In this document: positions 33,172 to 48,100 of the stretch, piece after piece
Layout of the letters: the number at the start of each line of letters is the position of its first letter
Position numbering within the stretch: the stretch's first letter is position 1
Assembly: GCF_018977255.1 (NCBI RefSeq)
Contig: NW_024704756.1
Coordinates: forward strand, 2,790,001-2,854,000
Direction of reading: 5' to 3'
DNA: 64,000 bases
DNA from: Callorhinchus milii
Taxonomy: Eukaryota
The notes under the pieces: generated by a model
Told to the model about the DNA's origin: nothing
Seen by the model: only the letters and a program-made list of their open reading frames with translations
Databases searched by the model: none
Program-made: the position numbers and the translations under genes

Positions 33172-36100
33172 ATGTCCAGTGAAAAGCTTGATGTGGTGAT
33201 CATTGGAGGAGGGATATCAGGTTAGTTTTTGTGCTAAGTTTCATGTATCGTTTCCCAGCTTTTGAGCACAACAGCGAGAAGGAACCTGAGTTAATTCAAG
33301 AGACTCTGGATGTAGGAACACCATGGGATTTGTGAATGAATGTGAATGAGGAATCATGTTTTTTTATGAAATTAAGATGAAAGGAGTAGATCAGGATAAT
33401 AATAATAATAATAATAATAATAATCCTTGCATTTGATATAGCGCTTTTCACGTCAGGAGGACGTCCCAAAGCGCTTCACAGAACACACTGTAAAGTGAAT
33501 TGACTGTATATTTGTGGGCGAACGCGGCAGCCAATTGCGCACAGCAATGTCCCAAAAACAGTCGTAGATTGAAAATGACCAATTTATTATTGTTTTGGGT
33601 TTTTTGGAGGGATTATTATTAGGCGTGTGGAGTAAGGAAACTTGCCCAAGGTTTCGCCCTCTGCCTGGAATTGAACTCAGATCTCTCACTTGCAAAGCGA
33701 GTGCTCTAACCACTGAGCTACAGGACTCCACTGAGCTACAGGATCCATTAGTCTGAATCAATGTCAACAAATATTTCCGGTCTCCAGAACAAAGTAGTTG
33801 GAAACAATAGGAGATTTTAAAAATATTTCTAAGGATGTTTGCTATTGCAAATAATATTAACACAGTGAGGTGCATCAGCCCTGAATTAGAAAGTAGATTG
33901 ATTCTTTGGAAGCTCTGCTCTTTGCTCTCTGCCCCACCAACCCACCCCCAACACACACAATGTGCTATGGGGTACATTATTTGTATGTTTTCCTGTTTGA
34001 ATAATTTGTATGTTTTCGCCCACAAAACGCACAGTCGATCCACTTTACAGTGTTTTCCTGTTGAACGCTTTGAGATGTCTCAATGAGATGATTAAGCGCT
34101 GTATCAAATGCAAGGATTATTATATTATTATTAAGAGAAGGTGCTGTAAGCAGTGTTCCTGGTGCCAAGTGATACAGAATGATAGTTACTTGGTTTGTGT
34201 ATTAATCAAAGCCATATGTGATTCAGCTTTCAAAATACTTTAGACCTTCAGAGGCACTTTCCGGAGGGTAATAAATCCTCCAAAAAAAATGTCACTCAAT
34301 CCACGACTTTGTGGAACACTGTGTCCACAATTGGCTGCCGCGTTTCGGCCACAAAATACACAGTCAATTCACTTTACAGTATATTCTGTGAAGCACTTTG
34401 AAATGTCTCAATGATATTATAAGGCGCTATATCAAATGCAAGTATTATTATTGGGCCTCTTCTTCAAGTCACTCCTCCAACTGTATAATCATTGCTTCAT
34501 TTTTAAAAGGATATCCTGTTATATTTAGATTGCCGCTCAGTATGTCATAGGTTCCCCTTGAGCTGCACATCTTTTAAACTTATAAATATAATAATAGCTC
34601 TCTGACCTGCTGACTCCTTACCAACCTGCCCGCTCCCTCCATTCAGTGGTCTGCTCCATGTCTCCCGCCCGACCTGCCCTACCATCAGTGACCGGGCTTT
34701 CAGCCTCTCTGCCCCCACACTCTGGAACTCCATCCTACGGTCCCTTCGCCTTGCTTCCTCCCTTGCTTCCTTCAAGGCCGGTCTCAAGACCCTTCTCTTC
34801 GATCGTGCCTTCGGTCGCCCTCCCACCTCTCTGCCTTCCCTTACCCCTCCCCCACCTCTCCCCCATACTCGGATTCTGACCCCTGACTGTTCCCGACGTG
34901 AAAGGCGCTCTATAAATGTAATTTTGTTGTTGTAATAATCCTTATATTTGGTACATGGCTTTTCACGTCGGGAGGACATCCCAAATTTAATGTAAAGTGT
35001 AGTGACTGTTTTGTAGGCGATTGCTGCAGCCATCGTTTGCACAGCAATGTCCCACAAACCATTGAAAGAGTAACCAATTTTTATTTGGAGATTCTTGGCC
35101 AGGATACCGGGAGAAACTCCCTTCTCTTTTCGAATAGTGTTATGGGATCTTTGACATCCACCTAAATAAGCAGTTGGGGCTTTGGTTTAACATCTCATCT
35201 GAAGGACGGCACCTCCAACATTGTAGACATCCCTTCCCTCCTTCCCTGCACCCCCAACCTAGACCTGTATTGGATTGTTAGCTGGGACCTTGTGATTCTT
35301 GGGGCTTGAACCCACAAGCTTCTGGTTCAGAGGCGAGAATGCTACCAACTGAATCAAGCTGACACACAAACATGCAAAGATGTTCTCAAACGATTGTTGA
35401 ATTTCCTTGTCGATGTTTAGATCCTTTCTCTCCCAATCAGCCCACACTGCATCCAGTTCCTTTGTCCCTATGGGTGGGCAGGTAACCTGCTTTCTCCTCA
35501 ACAATATTGGTGTTGATTTGGCCACTTCCGTGGGAAATATATAATTTTATTAGGATAGAAGCAAAGTAAAATCAAGAAATAATGCTTAGATGACTCCAAA
35601 CTTAGGGGTGGGGGGTTGAAAGCCTCCAGATTCTATGATAATGGGAGTCTTAGAGCTTCACAATTTAAGGTACCAAGAAAGAATCGTTAGCGTAGGAGGC
35701 AGGGCGATGATTTTGATTTCAGTACTGAGGATCCAGGAAGGGGGAAAGGTACCTATTTCAGAGAAAGTACAAATAATCTAATAAAAAATTACACTTAGGT
35801 AGCACCTTTCATGTCAGAAAGACTTCCAAAGCGCTTAACAGTACTGGCTGGACACCCAAGCTGGGGGTGGGAGCCAAGGGATGTTGGGAGGGGAAACATG
35901 ATGCAAGGAACTTGAAGGAGGTGAGGGAGGGAGGGAGCTATTTGGAGGGACTCTGGGATGGAGTGAGGGCAGAATAGCTGATTTGGGTGCTTGTGAGAGG
36001 GGGGGGGGGAGACAGACAGTGAAAAAAGCGGCTAGGTTGGTAAAATTTGAGAAGTGACCATTCCAATAATTAAATAGAAAAGATATGTTACTGAGTTTCA

Positions 36101-39100
36101 TCCACTATACTCCAAATCTCTGAAACACTCCCTCTATCCCTCCGCCTTTCCCCTTCCTTCACCATCTTCAGATTGCACCTGAAGACTTTCCTCTTCGACC
36201 GTGCCTACGGTCACCTCCCCCTGGCTCGGTGTCGTGTTCCACCACTGTCAAGCGCTCTTGGACGCTTCCCTGCATGAGGGGAGCTATGTAAATACAAGTA
36301 GTTGTTGATTAACATATAGAGTTGAACTTCCTCATGATATGATAGTGAAATCTTGGATAACAACAACAATAAATTACCGTTATATATCGCCATTCACCTG
36401 GAAAGACGTCCCAAGGCACTGGGCAGGTAAGGGTTTGCTTCTGAGCTGGGGGTTGGAATCAAGGGGGAGGCGGGGGGTGTCGAAGACATGGTCAAAGTTG
36501 TATGATTTGTATTTAGAATCACAAAATATAATTGTAGCATAAAGAAGGAGACCTATCTTCTTGGAACCATAACCCTGAATAACAATAACTCGCCTACCTG
36601 TTTTCCCTTTGAATCTATACCTGGTTCTTGCTCAGACTCAATTCAACAATTTGTACTCCATATGTGAGATGTTGAGTGCAGTGTCTGACATGGTGAGTAA
36701 ACCAATCATGCATTTACTGAATAAATAGAGCAAACATTTGCTTCAAGTCATTATGTCAAAGATGCAGGCTATTTCACCCTGAAACTTTGTAACACAACAG
36801 GTCCCTTAAAGGAGAGGATGTGTTATGTTGCACACTCAGAAAGATGGAAGATGTTGTAAGTCATTTATTCATATAGTGCACTTTTAATACAAATTCTTAA
36901 AAATTCTTCTTCAGTTTCATCAGATGGCAGGAGTTTGGTGTTTAATGATATTTGAAATAAAGCAGCAGGATATTGCCTCCTTCATATAAAGGAAATTAAT
37001 TGTATTGTATTCTGTGCAGCCCCAATAACAGCCGGTATTCTGATGTTTGAATGTTTATAGCCTCTTATAGAGCAGGGTAATTTCCTGTGCTGTTCCAGTG
37101 CGTTGATGTGTATTGATTTACACCTCCATTGCCTGAAGAAATCATTGCGGAAACTTTTATTATACTGTCAGTATATCGGATGTGAGTGGGCGGCAAGCAC
37201 TGGACTGAATACAGATGGATGACTTCAAACTGATTTATATCATTGTAAACATCATTAAGGCCTGAAGGCTTACTGGCAGCAAAAGGTTGCAGCAGTCAAG
37301 ACGAATTCAGTATACTTACAGTATATTCTGTGAAGCGCTTTGAGACATCTTGTCGACATGATAAGGCTCTTATTAAATGCAAGGATTATTATTATTATTA
37401 CACCAAATGCAAACACAGATTATATAGTTTCAAAAACAGCTAGTTTTCTTTTAGGAAATAACATTATAGGATATAATACAAAGGTAATTTGGGACATATG
37501 GGCAGGCGACCCCCAGGGTGGAAGGCAAACTGGATGGATCTTGGTCTTTTTTCGTCTAGCATTTCTTATGCTCTAATGCAAATATTATTATTATATCATA
37601 TGCAAGAATTATTATTTAATTTTAAGCCTGTTGCAGTGTGCATTTCCCCTCAACTTCCTCCCTTCCTTGCCTCCTTCAAGGCACGTTTCAAGACCCTCCT
37701 CTTCAACCTTGCCTTTGGACACCCTCCTGCCCTCCCTGCCCTGCACCCCTCCTGATCCCAGCCACCTGCTCTGGTCCAAATCCCTGACTGTCCAGTGCCT
37801 TGGGACATCCTCCCAATGAGAAAGGCACTATACAAATGTAATTTGTTGTTATTGAAAGGGCAGCTTTGTAGTGAGAAAGGAAGGCATATTACAAGCATTC
37901 CAATAAAGGATGATATGTGCATGTGAACGTTTTGTAGTGCCCAGTTGGAATTGTGAAACACATTCAACACCACAATTAATGATCCTGCCAAACTCCCAAA
38001 TCTGTGGTTGGGGAGAATCTTTTGAGTAATCTCTTTTTACTAGGTTATGTACTCAGTTGGGTGAAGCTATTTGAGGTGATGAATGAAGAGTATTGTACAA
38101 GGGTATATTGGAATAACAATAATTTAACATGGATTTAAACCCAATAGAATATTTATTCAGTGATGCACTTTTGCAACATAGATGTAACATAGGCTACTCG
38201 GCTCATTGTTTCTGCACTGCAATCTCCTAATCTCATTCCCTTCTCTTTTCCCAATCCATTCAAGATTTATTTACCTAAGGTATTTGTCCAAATTCCTTTT
38301 AAATGCTTTAATGAACTTGCCATCAATGGCCATTTGCACATAATATCTTCTGGCAACCAACCCTCTGTGTAAAAAAAAATCTTCCAACATTTATATCGTT
38401 GTATAAATCCTTAATGTATGATAACTCATTACCTACTGGTTGGTACTAATGCCTTACCTAATTTAGTATCTAGTGTTGTCAGCATGGAGTAAAACCAGTG
38501 AGAGACATCCTCATGTTGTGTCTTCACCCAGTGTCCCCAGCTCCAACCATTCACGAAGTTCAACTAATCTAAAACAGCGCTGCCCGTATCCTCACCCACA
38601 CCAAACTCCACACCCATCACCCCAGTCCTTGCCAGGCTCCACCGGCTCCCTGATGCAGAATGGATCGATTTCAAGATCCTCACACTTGCCTCCAAATCAC
38701 TTTATGCCCTGGCATCTCCCTACCTCTCCCACCATTTTGTACATACTAAGGATTTTAATGCTTCTTCTCAAAATGTGATGAATACACATTCAGTCAAATT
38801 TGCAGCTATAAGTCAATTGTTCCAAGTGTATTTTTTTCCTGTAATGTATTTTCCCACTGTGGGATTTGATGCGAGCAAAGTAGATCTCTAAGCCAGTGTG
38901 TGAAATCTCTTTGACAGCGTCAGAAAAGAAAGAAAAGCAAATACGTATTGAACTCACAACCAGAATTATAGCCCACTCAGTGCAGTGATCAAAGAAAATG
39001 ACCGCTACCACTCAAAGTCCTCTTTGAACATTTTGTTTCGCTGTAATTATACTGATAGCATAAAGAGTCGCTGCTCTTGTCAAATGATTTAACATGAATT

Positions 39101-42100
39101 CTCCTTGTCAGCTGATACTGCACCTGTATCACTCAGTTTGTTTTTCTGGTCTGGCCACCTACTCGTTGATATATATACTCATTGATCCACTGGCAAATGC
39201 TTGTCACCTCATTGCATTGGCTTTCTTCTCCAGGTCTGTCAGCTGCCAAGCTGTTGATGGAGGCGGACTTGAATGTGGTTGTTTTGGAAGCTAGAAACCG
39301 GGTCGGAGGGAGAACATATACAATTCATGTAAGTATGAAACTGGCTACGGGTTCTGAACTTTAGGAATTTTCTGGGTCCAGAAATAGCTAGGTTGGTTAT
39401 ACAATGTGCAAAGGATCAGTTATGTGGCATGAGACATCAGGACAATCAACAACAACTTGCTTTATATAGCAGCCTTCACATGGGGCAGTGTCTCGGAGCA
39501 CTGAACAGTTGAGGGTGTCAGAGCCGCAGGAGAGAAGACATTGACGGCAGCCAAGGAATTTGGCTTCTACCTTGTTGACCAGGATCAAGGACTGGTTAGT
39601 GCTGACGTAGCCTATTATTATTATTATTATTATTATTAGCTATTAAAGATGGACAAATAGTCCTCAGTGTCTGAAGGATGGGAAGGGAAGACATTGCCCA
39701 GTTCATGCTGTACAGTGACCTGTAGAGGTAGATGTTGAGAATAGGATCAGGCTCTGCTGTAATGCTTGAGGTGGAACTGACACATTGCCAGCTGTTCAGG
39801 CTCATACCTTCGAGGACTGTGAGTGACCATGAAACTGAATCTCATAACCATTCACTGCTTACTGTCTTCAGGGGAGAAACAATAGAGGTGTTTATCTGGA
39901 GAAAAGTTACTGTGCTCTGATGCAATCTATTTCTGCCAGGGTCCAGAGTTCCAATACGCTGATCTGGGAGGATCATATGTCGGACCGACCCAGAATCGGA
40001 TTTTGCGATTAGCAAAGGAGCTGGGAATAAAAACGTATGAAGTAAATGAGAAAGAAAAACTCATTCACTTTGTGAAGGTCAGATATTTCACTTTTCTTTT
40101 ATCACTTCACCGTTGCTGTTCAAGTGGAGCGATGGAGTCCTGGGAAATTATTATCATATAGAGATCATCAATTATTTAATAATTATTACATACCATTTGC
40201 AGTAATGTATGCTTTGGGCAGTGCTGGTGCCTGTTTTGTTAACACATCTTCAACCCATCTCATAGCAACAGCCCCATGATACAGCCTATTTTGTTCAAAC
40301 CACCAATCCAGAGCCTACCAGCAGAATTGGAGGTCACATTCAACGCACTTTCCTTCATCGCACTTCAACACTCTTGAACCTAACAAAGGTCAGGACACAG
40401 ATTACCAGTAATAATAATAATAATCTTTGCATTTGATATAGCGTCATTGAGACGTCTCAAAGCACTTCACAGGATATACTGACGAGTGGATTGGTGTGTA
40501 TTTTTTGGGCAAAACACAGGAGCCAATTGCCAGAACACTGTTCCACAAACAACCATGGAGTGAGTGACCAATTTTATTTTCAGGGATTGTTAGCCGGGCA
40601 CCAGGGGAATCTCCCTTCTCTTTTCGAGAAAAGCCATGGGATCTTTAACGTCCACCTGAACAGGCAGATGGGACCTCTGTTTAACATCTAATCCCCAAGA
40701 ACTGCACCTTCAACAATGCAACACATGCTCAGCACTGCATTGGAGTGTCAGGTTAGACTATGTGATCCCAAGTGTTGTGGGCTTGAACCCACAACCTCCT
40801 GATTTAGAGATAAGAGTCCTACTATTGTGCCAGGCCGACACTCTATTGATTACAAACGCCTTTCTCTGAGATTAAATCAGAATTCAAAGACAGGGAAGTT
40901 TGCTTGGTTTGTCAGTGCAGTGTTATCACATTATTGCTTGGTCTTCGGTGCAAGGATCGTGCCCAGAGACAAAGCCTGTGCACAACCAGAGAGAGAAAAC
41001 ACAAGGAGGTTTGGTGTGTTTTAAAGGCTACTTTCTGATCTCGAGATGATAATAATCCTTTCATTTGATATAGCGCCTTATCACACCGTTGAGACGTCTC
41101 AAAGTGCTTCACAGGATACACTGTAAAGTGGATTGCTGTTTATTTTGTGTGGCAAATGTAGCAGCCAGTTGCGCACAGCAATGTCCCACAAACAGTCATG
41201 AAGCAAGATGTATTGAGGATGACAGCAGCTTCAATGCCTTCACCTTCAGAGTGTATCCATGGCAGCAAACGCAGAGCATGAGCCGAAGGGCAATTTAATC
41301 TCAAACAGTGATAGCATCACATCGGCTTTTACATCAAATAGGGAAGGAGAACACACTGATTGTTTCATCTAGGATTGAAACTGATCCTGTATAATAATCC
41401 TTCCTTACATTTGATGGAGTGTCTTTCATGTCAGGAAGAGGAAATTAACAAGTACTATATACCATGGGTTATATTTCCATATGGATAACATGTTGATAAT
41501 ACTAATAATAATCATCTTTGTATTTGATATAGTGCCTTATCACATCTTAGATACAGGGTATATTGTTAAGGTTTGTTTTTTTTTAAAACCGAACCAAAGT
41601 AAACATTTTTTTACATACGCGTGGCATAATCCAAACCCTTGTTTGGTAATGAACTTGGGTAAAGGTAACGACCGTTTCATTTGCTAGAACTGCAAAAATG
41701 AATTTAATTTAATGATACTTGACACGAGCCAGGAAATGCTGAAGAATCAACAGCTAAAGTGTTGGTCACTCAATCCACGACTGTTTGCTGTGTGCAATTG
41801 GCTGCCACGTTTCGCCCACAAAATAAGCGGTTAATTCACTTTACGCTATATTCTGTGAAGTGCTTGGAGACGTCTCAATGATATGATAAGGCGCTATATC
41901 AAATGCAAGGATTATATTATTGTTATTACTTGGTGTTATCAGACCTTTCGCAGTGGTTAAAGCAACTGGCGTCTCTGGATTGATCCATTACTGTTTATAT
42001 AGTTGCTTTTCAAGCAAGCAAATGGTGAAATTTCCTGCTTATGATATCTAACGAGAACACCCTGCACATACTGACAACTGCGTGTACGGTGAAATCCAGT

Positions 42101-45100
42101 GCCTCGCTGATGATAACATTGTTGTAGGGTCTGATTCAGTGGCTTCTACATCCTGTTGCCTTTGGAACCTGCGAGGTTTCTCACTCAAGCCAGAACATCC
42201 ATGGGCCTGCTTGACTGGCATTTCAATGTTATCACAGATTTATATCAGCACAGAAACAATAAATGTCATCCTTGCATTTCCTTACCTAATGATTCAGAGG
42301 CAGGGATTTTACAATGGCCACGCTGAGATGAGGTGCTTTACAGGCCATTCTGTCATTTGCAGACACTGCATTGTTTCTCGCAACTGAAATCTCAACAGCG
42401 AGATTGGTTAAGACTCAACCCAAACATTTGGAGGAGGAGTCCCACAGTATTGAGGTTCCTGCAAAACATGATTTTAGACAAATTATATTTGTATATCGCC
42501 TTGGACGTTCTAAAGTGCTGGACAGTCAACGATTTGAAGTCGAGCTGGGGATGGGATTAAGAGGAGTGGAGATCAAGGTGGGGTGGGAAGGTAACCAAAG
42601 GTCCAGTTGAAGACGAGGATCTAAGACAGCTGGCTAACAGTTTCATTATACTAGTTAAGAAGACTGTGTTTCTCCTGACTACATTCACGAGTTGTCTGAA
42701 CAGATTCCTTTATCTTGAGCTAAGGAAGAGCTGTATTGCGGCATAGCCCAGTCTGAGTGACCTGTGCATGTGATGCTTCTATTAAACGATCTGCTTCGCT
42801 AATGCTGAGTAAATCAGGACAATGTTCTTTATTCTAAGTTCATAAATGCCCGTTAGAGATGCAGTGCTCATTAGATGCAGTGCTCATCTTTTCTGTTGCT
42901 CAGGGTAACAAACACCGCTTTAAGGGTCTCTCACTTGTTTAAATATTTACTTTATTATACACTCCCTTTTTCATCCCTGCATTTTTTTTTTGGTCATCTG
43001 GGTGTCAGACAGGAGCAGTAACCCAACACAACATCTTGCTGGAGGTTCCATAGCAGACTGAGAGTTCCACATCCATATGCCACTTGACCATGTAAATTCC
43101 CATGTCTAGGAATGGAAACCCAGTCTTACTCTTGCTGTAAGTCATTTTTTCCCAGGACCAGGCAGCCTCGTTGCTCACTACTTTTTGAGATGTTGCATTT
43201 GCTGTCTTGCAGGGAAAGTCTTATCCATTTTTTGGGTCGTTTCCTCATTCACTGAACCCCATTATATACCTGGATTACAACAACCTCTGGAGAACTTTGG
43301 ATGAAATGGGAGAGGAGGTGAGGGGCCCGTTTCTCTCTCTATCATCCTTCACATACACTTGATTATAATTTTTCCTCCTATGACTGCATAGGAGGTAGGG
43401 AGCAGGTAGGTTACCCCAGTTCATGTTGACTATTTCTCGGGACCCACAGAATTTGGTTAACCAACTGACATTCATAGAATCATAGAATATTACAGCACAG
43501 AAGTAGGTCATTCAGCCCATCATGCTTGTGCCAGCTCTTTGGAAGAGCTACCCAAAGAGTCCCACTCCCCACTATTTCCCCACGTCCTTGGGGAAATTGT
43601 TAGAATTCCTTGGAATTTGGAAAATTATGGGCAGAAATCCAGCTCCTGGTATTTCACACCAACAATCCGAAACCACGGATTATTTTATTAAATAATTTGA
43701 AACAATTTGAAAATTAAGAAATATTGGTTGAAAAACAGACTGGATATGGAGGTGGACCCAGATGGTGGTTTGATTGACATGTTCAGGGGCTGGATGTTAG
43801 TCAGTGGCATGGTTGGACCAGGTTGGTTTTCAAGAATTCAATGGTATCTTCAGTGATGTAGACACTTAAATCCCATTGCGCTATTTGAAAAGAGAAGAGA
43901 GTTTCTCCTGGTGTCCTGGCCAACAATCCTCCAAATAAAATTGGTCATTCACTTCATGGCTGATTGTCGTGTATTGCTGTGTGCAAATTGGCTGCCAGGA
44001 CACCGAGAGAGAAATGCCTTCTCTTTTTGAATAGTGACGTGGGATCTTTAATGTTCACTTGACAGGACTTTGGTTTAACATCTCACATCCAAAAGATGCA
44101 ACACCTTTGATGATGCAACACCATCCCCAGTGCTGCGTTGGAGCATCAGCTTAGACTAAGAAGTAGTGACTGTGTATTCTGTAGACGAATGCTCAGTAGC
44201 TAGAGCAGATTGATCTGAAAGGTGGAAGCGAGCAGGACACTGGATTCCTTTCAGAATTACCTTGATATTATAATGGGAAGATAGGAACAAGAGCAGGCGA
44301 TTCAGCCTGTCCGGCTTGTTCTGCTGTTTTATTAGACCGTGGCAGTTCTTTCAAACCTTTCTCCTTGACCCCAGGAACCAAAGTGACAAAAAAAGCATTC
44401 TAGAGGTGAAGGGACATTGCATCGCTGATTGTTTTAACGATCATTAATTTAATGATCTTAGATTCCTAAAGGTGCACCATGGAGAGCCCAGCATGCAGAG
44501 GAGTGGGATAATATGACCATGAAAGAGTTAATTGACAGACTTTGCTGGACACAGTAAGTATTTTCTGATGAAGCGTCATACCTGAAATGTTAGCCACTTT
44601 CCCTTCCGGCTTGTTCTGCACTCATTGTTGGAGGTCTTGGCCTATGGGCATGACATTAAACTGAGCATTTGTCTGCCTATTCTACAGGTAGATGTTAACA
44701 ATCCTAGGGCATTATTCTAAAAGAGAAGGGAGATTCACCCTGTGCTATGGAACTCTCCCTCAATCCCCTTGTCTTGCCTCTCTCTCCCCATTTTCAGGTT
44801 GCGCTTGAACACCTTCCTCTTCGACCGTACCTAAGGTCACCTTCCCCCTCTCCCTGGCTCGGCATCGGGATCCGCCACTGAAATGCTGTCCGGTGTGAAT
44901 GGCGCTATATAAGTGAAAGTTGTTGTTGCTTGGCCACCGATCTCTCAGATAAGTCAGTCGTTCACCTCATGACTGTTGCGGAGAAACAGAAACTGTCACT
45001 TTGCTTGACAGTCATTGCTGCAAAAAGCTTTGAGCATTACAATGTGATGAGACACTTTGAAAACGAAAGATTTTGTATTTTTCCTTTCTGCTTGAATTTC

Positions 45101-48100
45101 AACTTTCCAGGATTGTTTTTTTTATACTGTCTTATATTGCTCATTCCTCCAAATTCACCTCAAATTGAAATAAATTGTCTACTTGCTAAAAAGGAATGAG
45201 AGTGTAGAAGGGAATCGTTCAGGACTCGCATTAACGTGAGCTCTAATAACTGCGCCTTCAGTCACACTCCAACCCCCGCCCTCCAACCCTCCTGATCCCA
45301 ACCCTCAGCTTGGGTGCAAATCCCTGACTGCCCAGGGCCTTGGGATGTCCTCCCAACGTGAAAGGCCACTGTTTAAATGTAATTTGTTCTTGTTGCTCTG
45401 AGATGGTGTAAAAATGCTTTACTGTTGTTGCTTTACTGTAGAGCAGCGAGGGACTTTGCAACGCTCTTTGTCAATGTCAACGTGTCCTCCGAGCCCCACG
45501 AGGTGTCGGCACTCTGGTTCCTGTGGTACGTGACGCAGTGCGGAGGAACCAAACGCATCTTTTCAACCAGCAACGGAGGCCAGGTGTGTCCTCGCACCTC
45601 AGCTCCTACACTCTCTTGACTGACTGACGTAACACAGGGAATTCTCGGTCAGTTTCACCTGTTCTGCTGCAGGGCTGGGGTTAGACATTCTGATTAGTTT
45701 CCTTTTGTTGTATGATATCATCAATTTGCGTCCAGGAGAGGGAGGGGGTCTTGTTGCATCGCTCTTTGATCGAGCGATTCCTGGGATTTTCCTGTTACCC
45801 ACGTACATTGTCATACGGTCGCTTACATCTTCCAATCGGGCAATTTATAATCATCCTTGCATTTGAAATATATGCAAAATTACATTTGTATAGTGCCTTT
45901 CATGTCAGGAGGACAATCCCAAAATGCTTTATCACGCTTTATAGCGCTTTATCATGTCTTCGCGATGTCTCAAAGCGCTTCTCAGACTACACTGTAAAGT
46001 GAATTGACTGTGTATTTGTGGGCGAAATGTGGCAGCCAATTGCGCATTTGATGCACAAAAACATGACCGCTTGATTTCACCAGGAGAGGAAGTTTGTTGG
46101 AGGCTCTTCACAAATCAGTGAGCAGATAGCCAAGTGCCTGAAAGAACGTGTGAAGCTCCAGAGACAAGTGATGAGACTGGAACAGAGTGAGAAGTTCATC
46201 AATGTGGAGACGCTGAACAGAGAGAAATACCGGGTGTGTGAGGTTGAGGTTTGCATGTGGATGCTGAGTTATGATGAGTTATGTCAAACTTTCATAAGTT
46301 GGATCATATGTGACTTTGGTAATGTTATGTACAAGCCAGGTCTTATATGCCTAACACGTAACAAATATAATAAATGAACTGGCTGGTGACATTAAGGCAA
46401 GGTTTCAAAATGGAAATTTTCACAACCATCATGTTCCAGAGCAACCATTTTCATGTATAGCATAACAATAACTTCCTTCCTTGTCCCTTCATCTACAATA
46501 ATAATAATCCTTGCATTTGATATAGCGCTTTTAACGTTTTCCAGATCTCAGGCAGTTCTTTCTATGTGACATTGTTTGTCTCCCATGATCTTTCTATGTA
46601 GAGCACTGTATCATATAGAGCACTGTATCCTGTAGTGTATTATATTCTGTCACTCAACATGTTCCTTGCATGTGTAACATGGACTATTGTTTCCCATCTC
46701 TTCTTGTTGGTTATCCATGTTGTGATCGCTTTGTTCTATGCTCTTTCTAGGCAGATTATGTGATCAGTGCTCTCCCCCCAGCCCTCACTCAGCAGATCCA
46801 CTGCCTTCCCCCAGTGCCTGCAGTGAGGAACCAGCTGATCCAGCGGGTGCCAATGGGATCGGTCATCAAGTGTATCATGTTTTACAGCCGCTGCTTCTGG
46901 AGAGAGAAAGGTCTGAAATGACAGATTGTCCTGACACTTACATACACGTATATATACAACCTCATTGACCAGACCGGTCAATGTTGTCAGTGTAGAGTTA
47001 CAGTATTGAGTACTCATTAGGGACACACAGACAGAAGCTTGCTCAAGGTCTGTCAGTGCAATTATTTAGTGTAAAGTGTCACTACTCTATAGAAGATGTA
47101 TAATCCATGGGAGCTAACAATCGAACAGGAAAGTGTAGAATGGGAAAGCTTATTTGGACTATCAAACTATGGCTCCTTCTACTTATTCCTACCTCCTGTT
47201 TGTTTCTGCAAGGGTTAATAATAATAATAATTCTTTGCATGATCCAAATGAAACAGTGACACGAGAAATGAATTAGTGGCTCATTAGACTAGAAGTACAG
47301 TACAGGCCTGTTGCGCATTGGTTAGCTGCAAGCGAGAGGACCCGGATTTGATTCCCAGGGCAAAGCAAAACCTTAGGTAAGTTTCCTCACTCTATGTGCC
47401 TCTGTTTACCGAGCAGTAAGTAGGAACATGGTTGTTTGTTGATTGCTTTCCTGTTGTAATAATCCCTCAAAAAAAGTCACTCAATCCACGATTGTTTGTG
47501 GGACACTGCTATGCGCAATTCCCTGCTGCATTTTTGTCACAAAATACACAGTCAATCCACTTCACAATATATTCTGTGAAGCACTTTCAGTCATCTCAAT
47601 TCCGTCAAATGCAAGGATTATTATTATTATATTACAGTATTAACGGCTTTGTATTACACCTGACCTGTGAGGGCTTTAAGCTATTACTGGGTATTAAAGT
47701 GGGAAAGTGTTTGATTGTTGGGCATTCAGTCTCTTTCTCCTTGATGAGCACCAATAAAGTTGTTCTTTGACGTGTTCAATTTAGCAAAACATATGGCGAG
47801 CTGTTGGTCAGCCTGAAACAGATCCTCTGACTTTTCGCCTTCGTGAAGCGGTTGCCACACTCAATGTCCTTCTGTTTCAGGGTACTGTGGCACCATGATC
47901 ATTGAGGACGAGGACTCACCTGTAACCATAACACTGGATGACACCAAGCCCGATGGATCATACCCTGCGATCATCGGGTATGGAACATCAGAGCTGAATA
48001 AGTGCACAACACAGATATTTTGCATTAGGTTAATACCATTGGAATATCCAATCTTCAGAGGATGGCCCTGCTCTTGACTCTTGGCTCAATCCATGCCTTA

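Noticed and set aside
33660-33729. tRNA-like sequence with A and B boxes
   Set aside because: It is the head of a multi-copy SINE, not a cloverleaf tRNA gene.
42890-42945. Acceptor followed by GNKHRFKG, faintly like MAO exon 4 (GKSYPFFG)
   Set aside because: Stops after about 12 codons, has no donor and the similarity is too short; the true exon 4 is at 43213.
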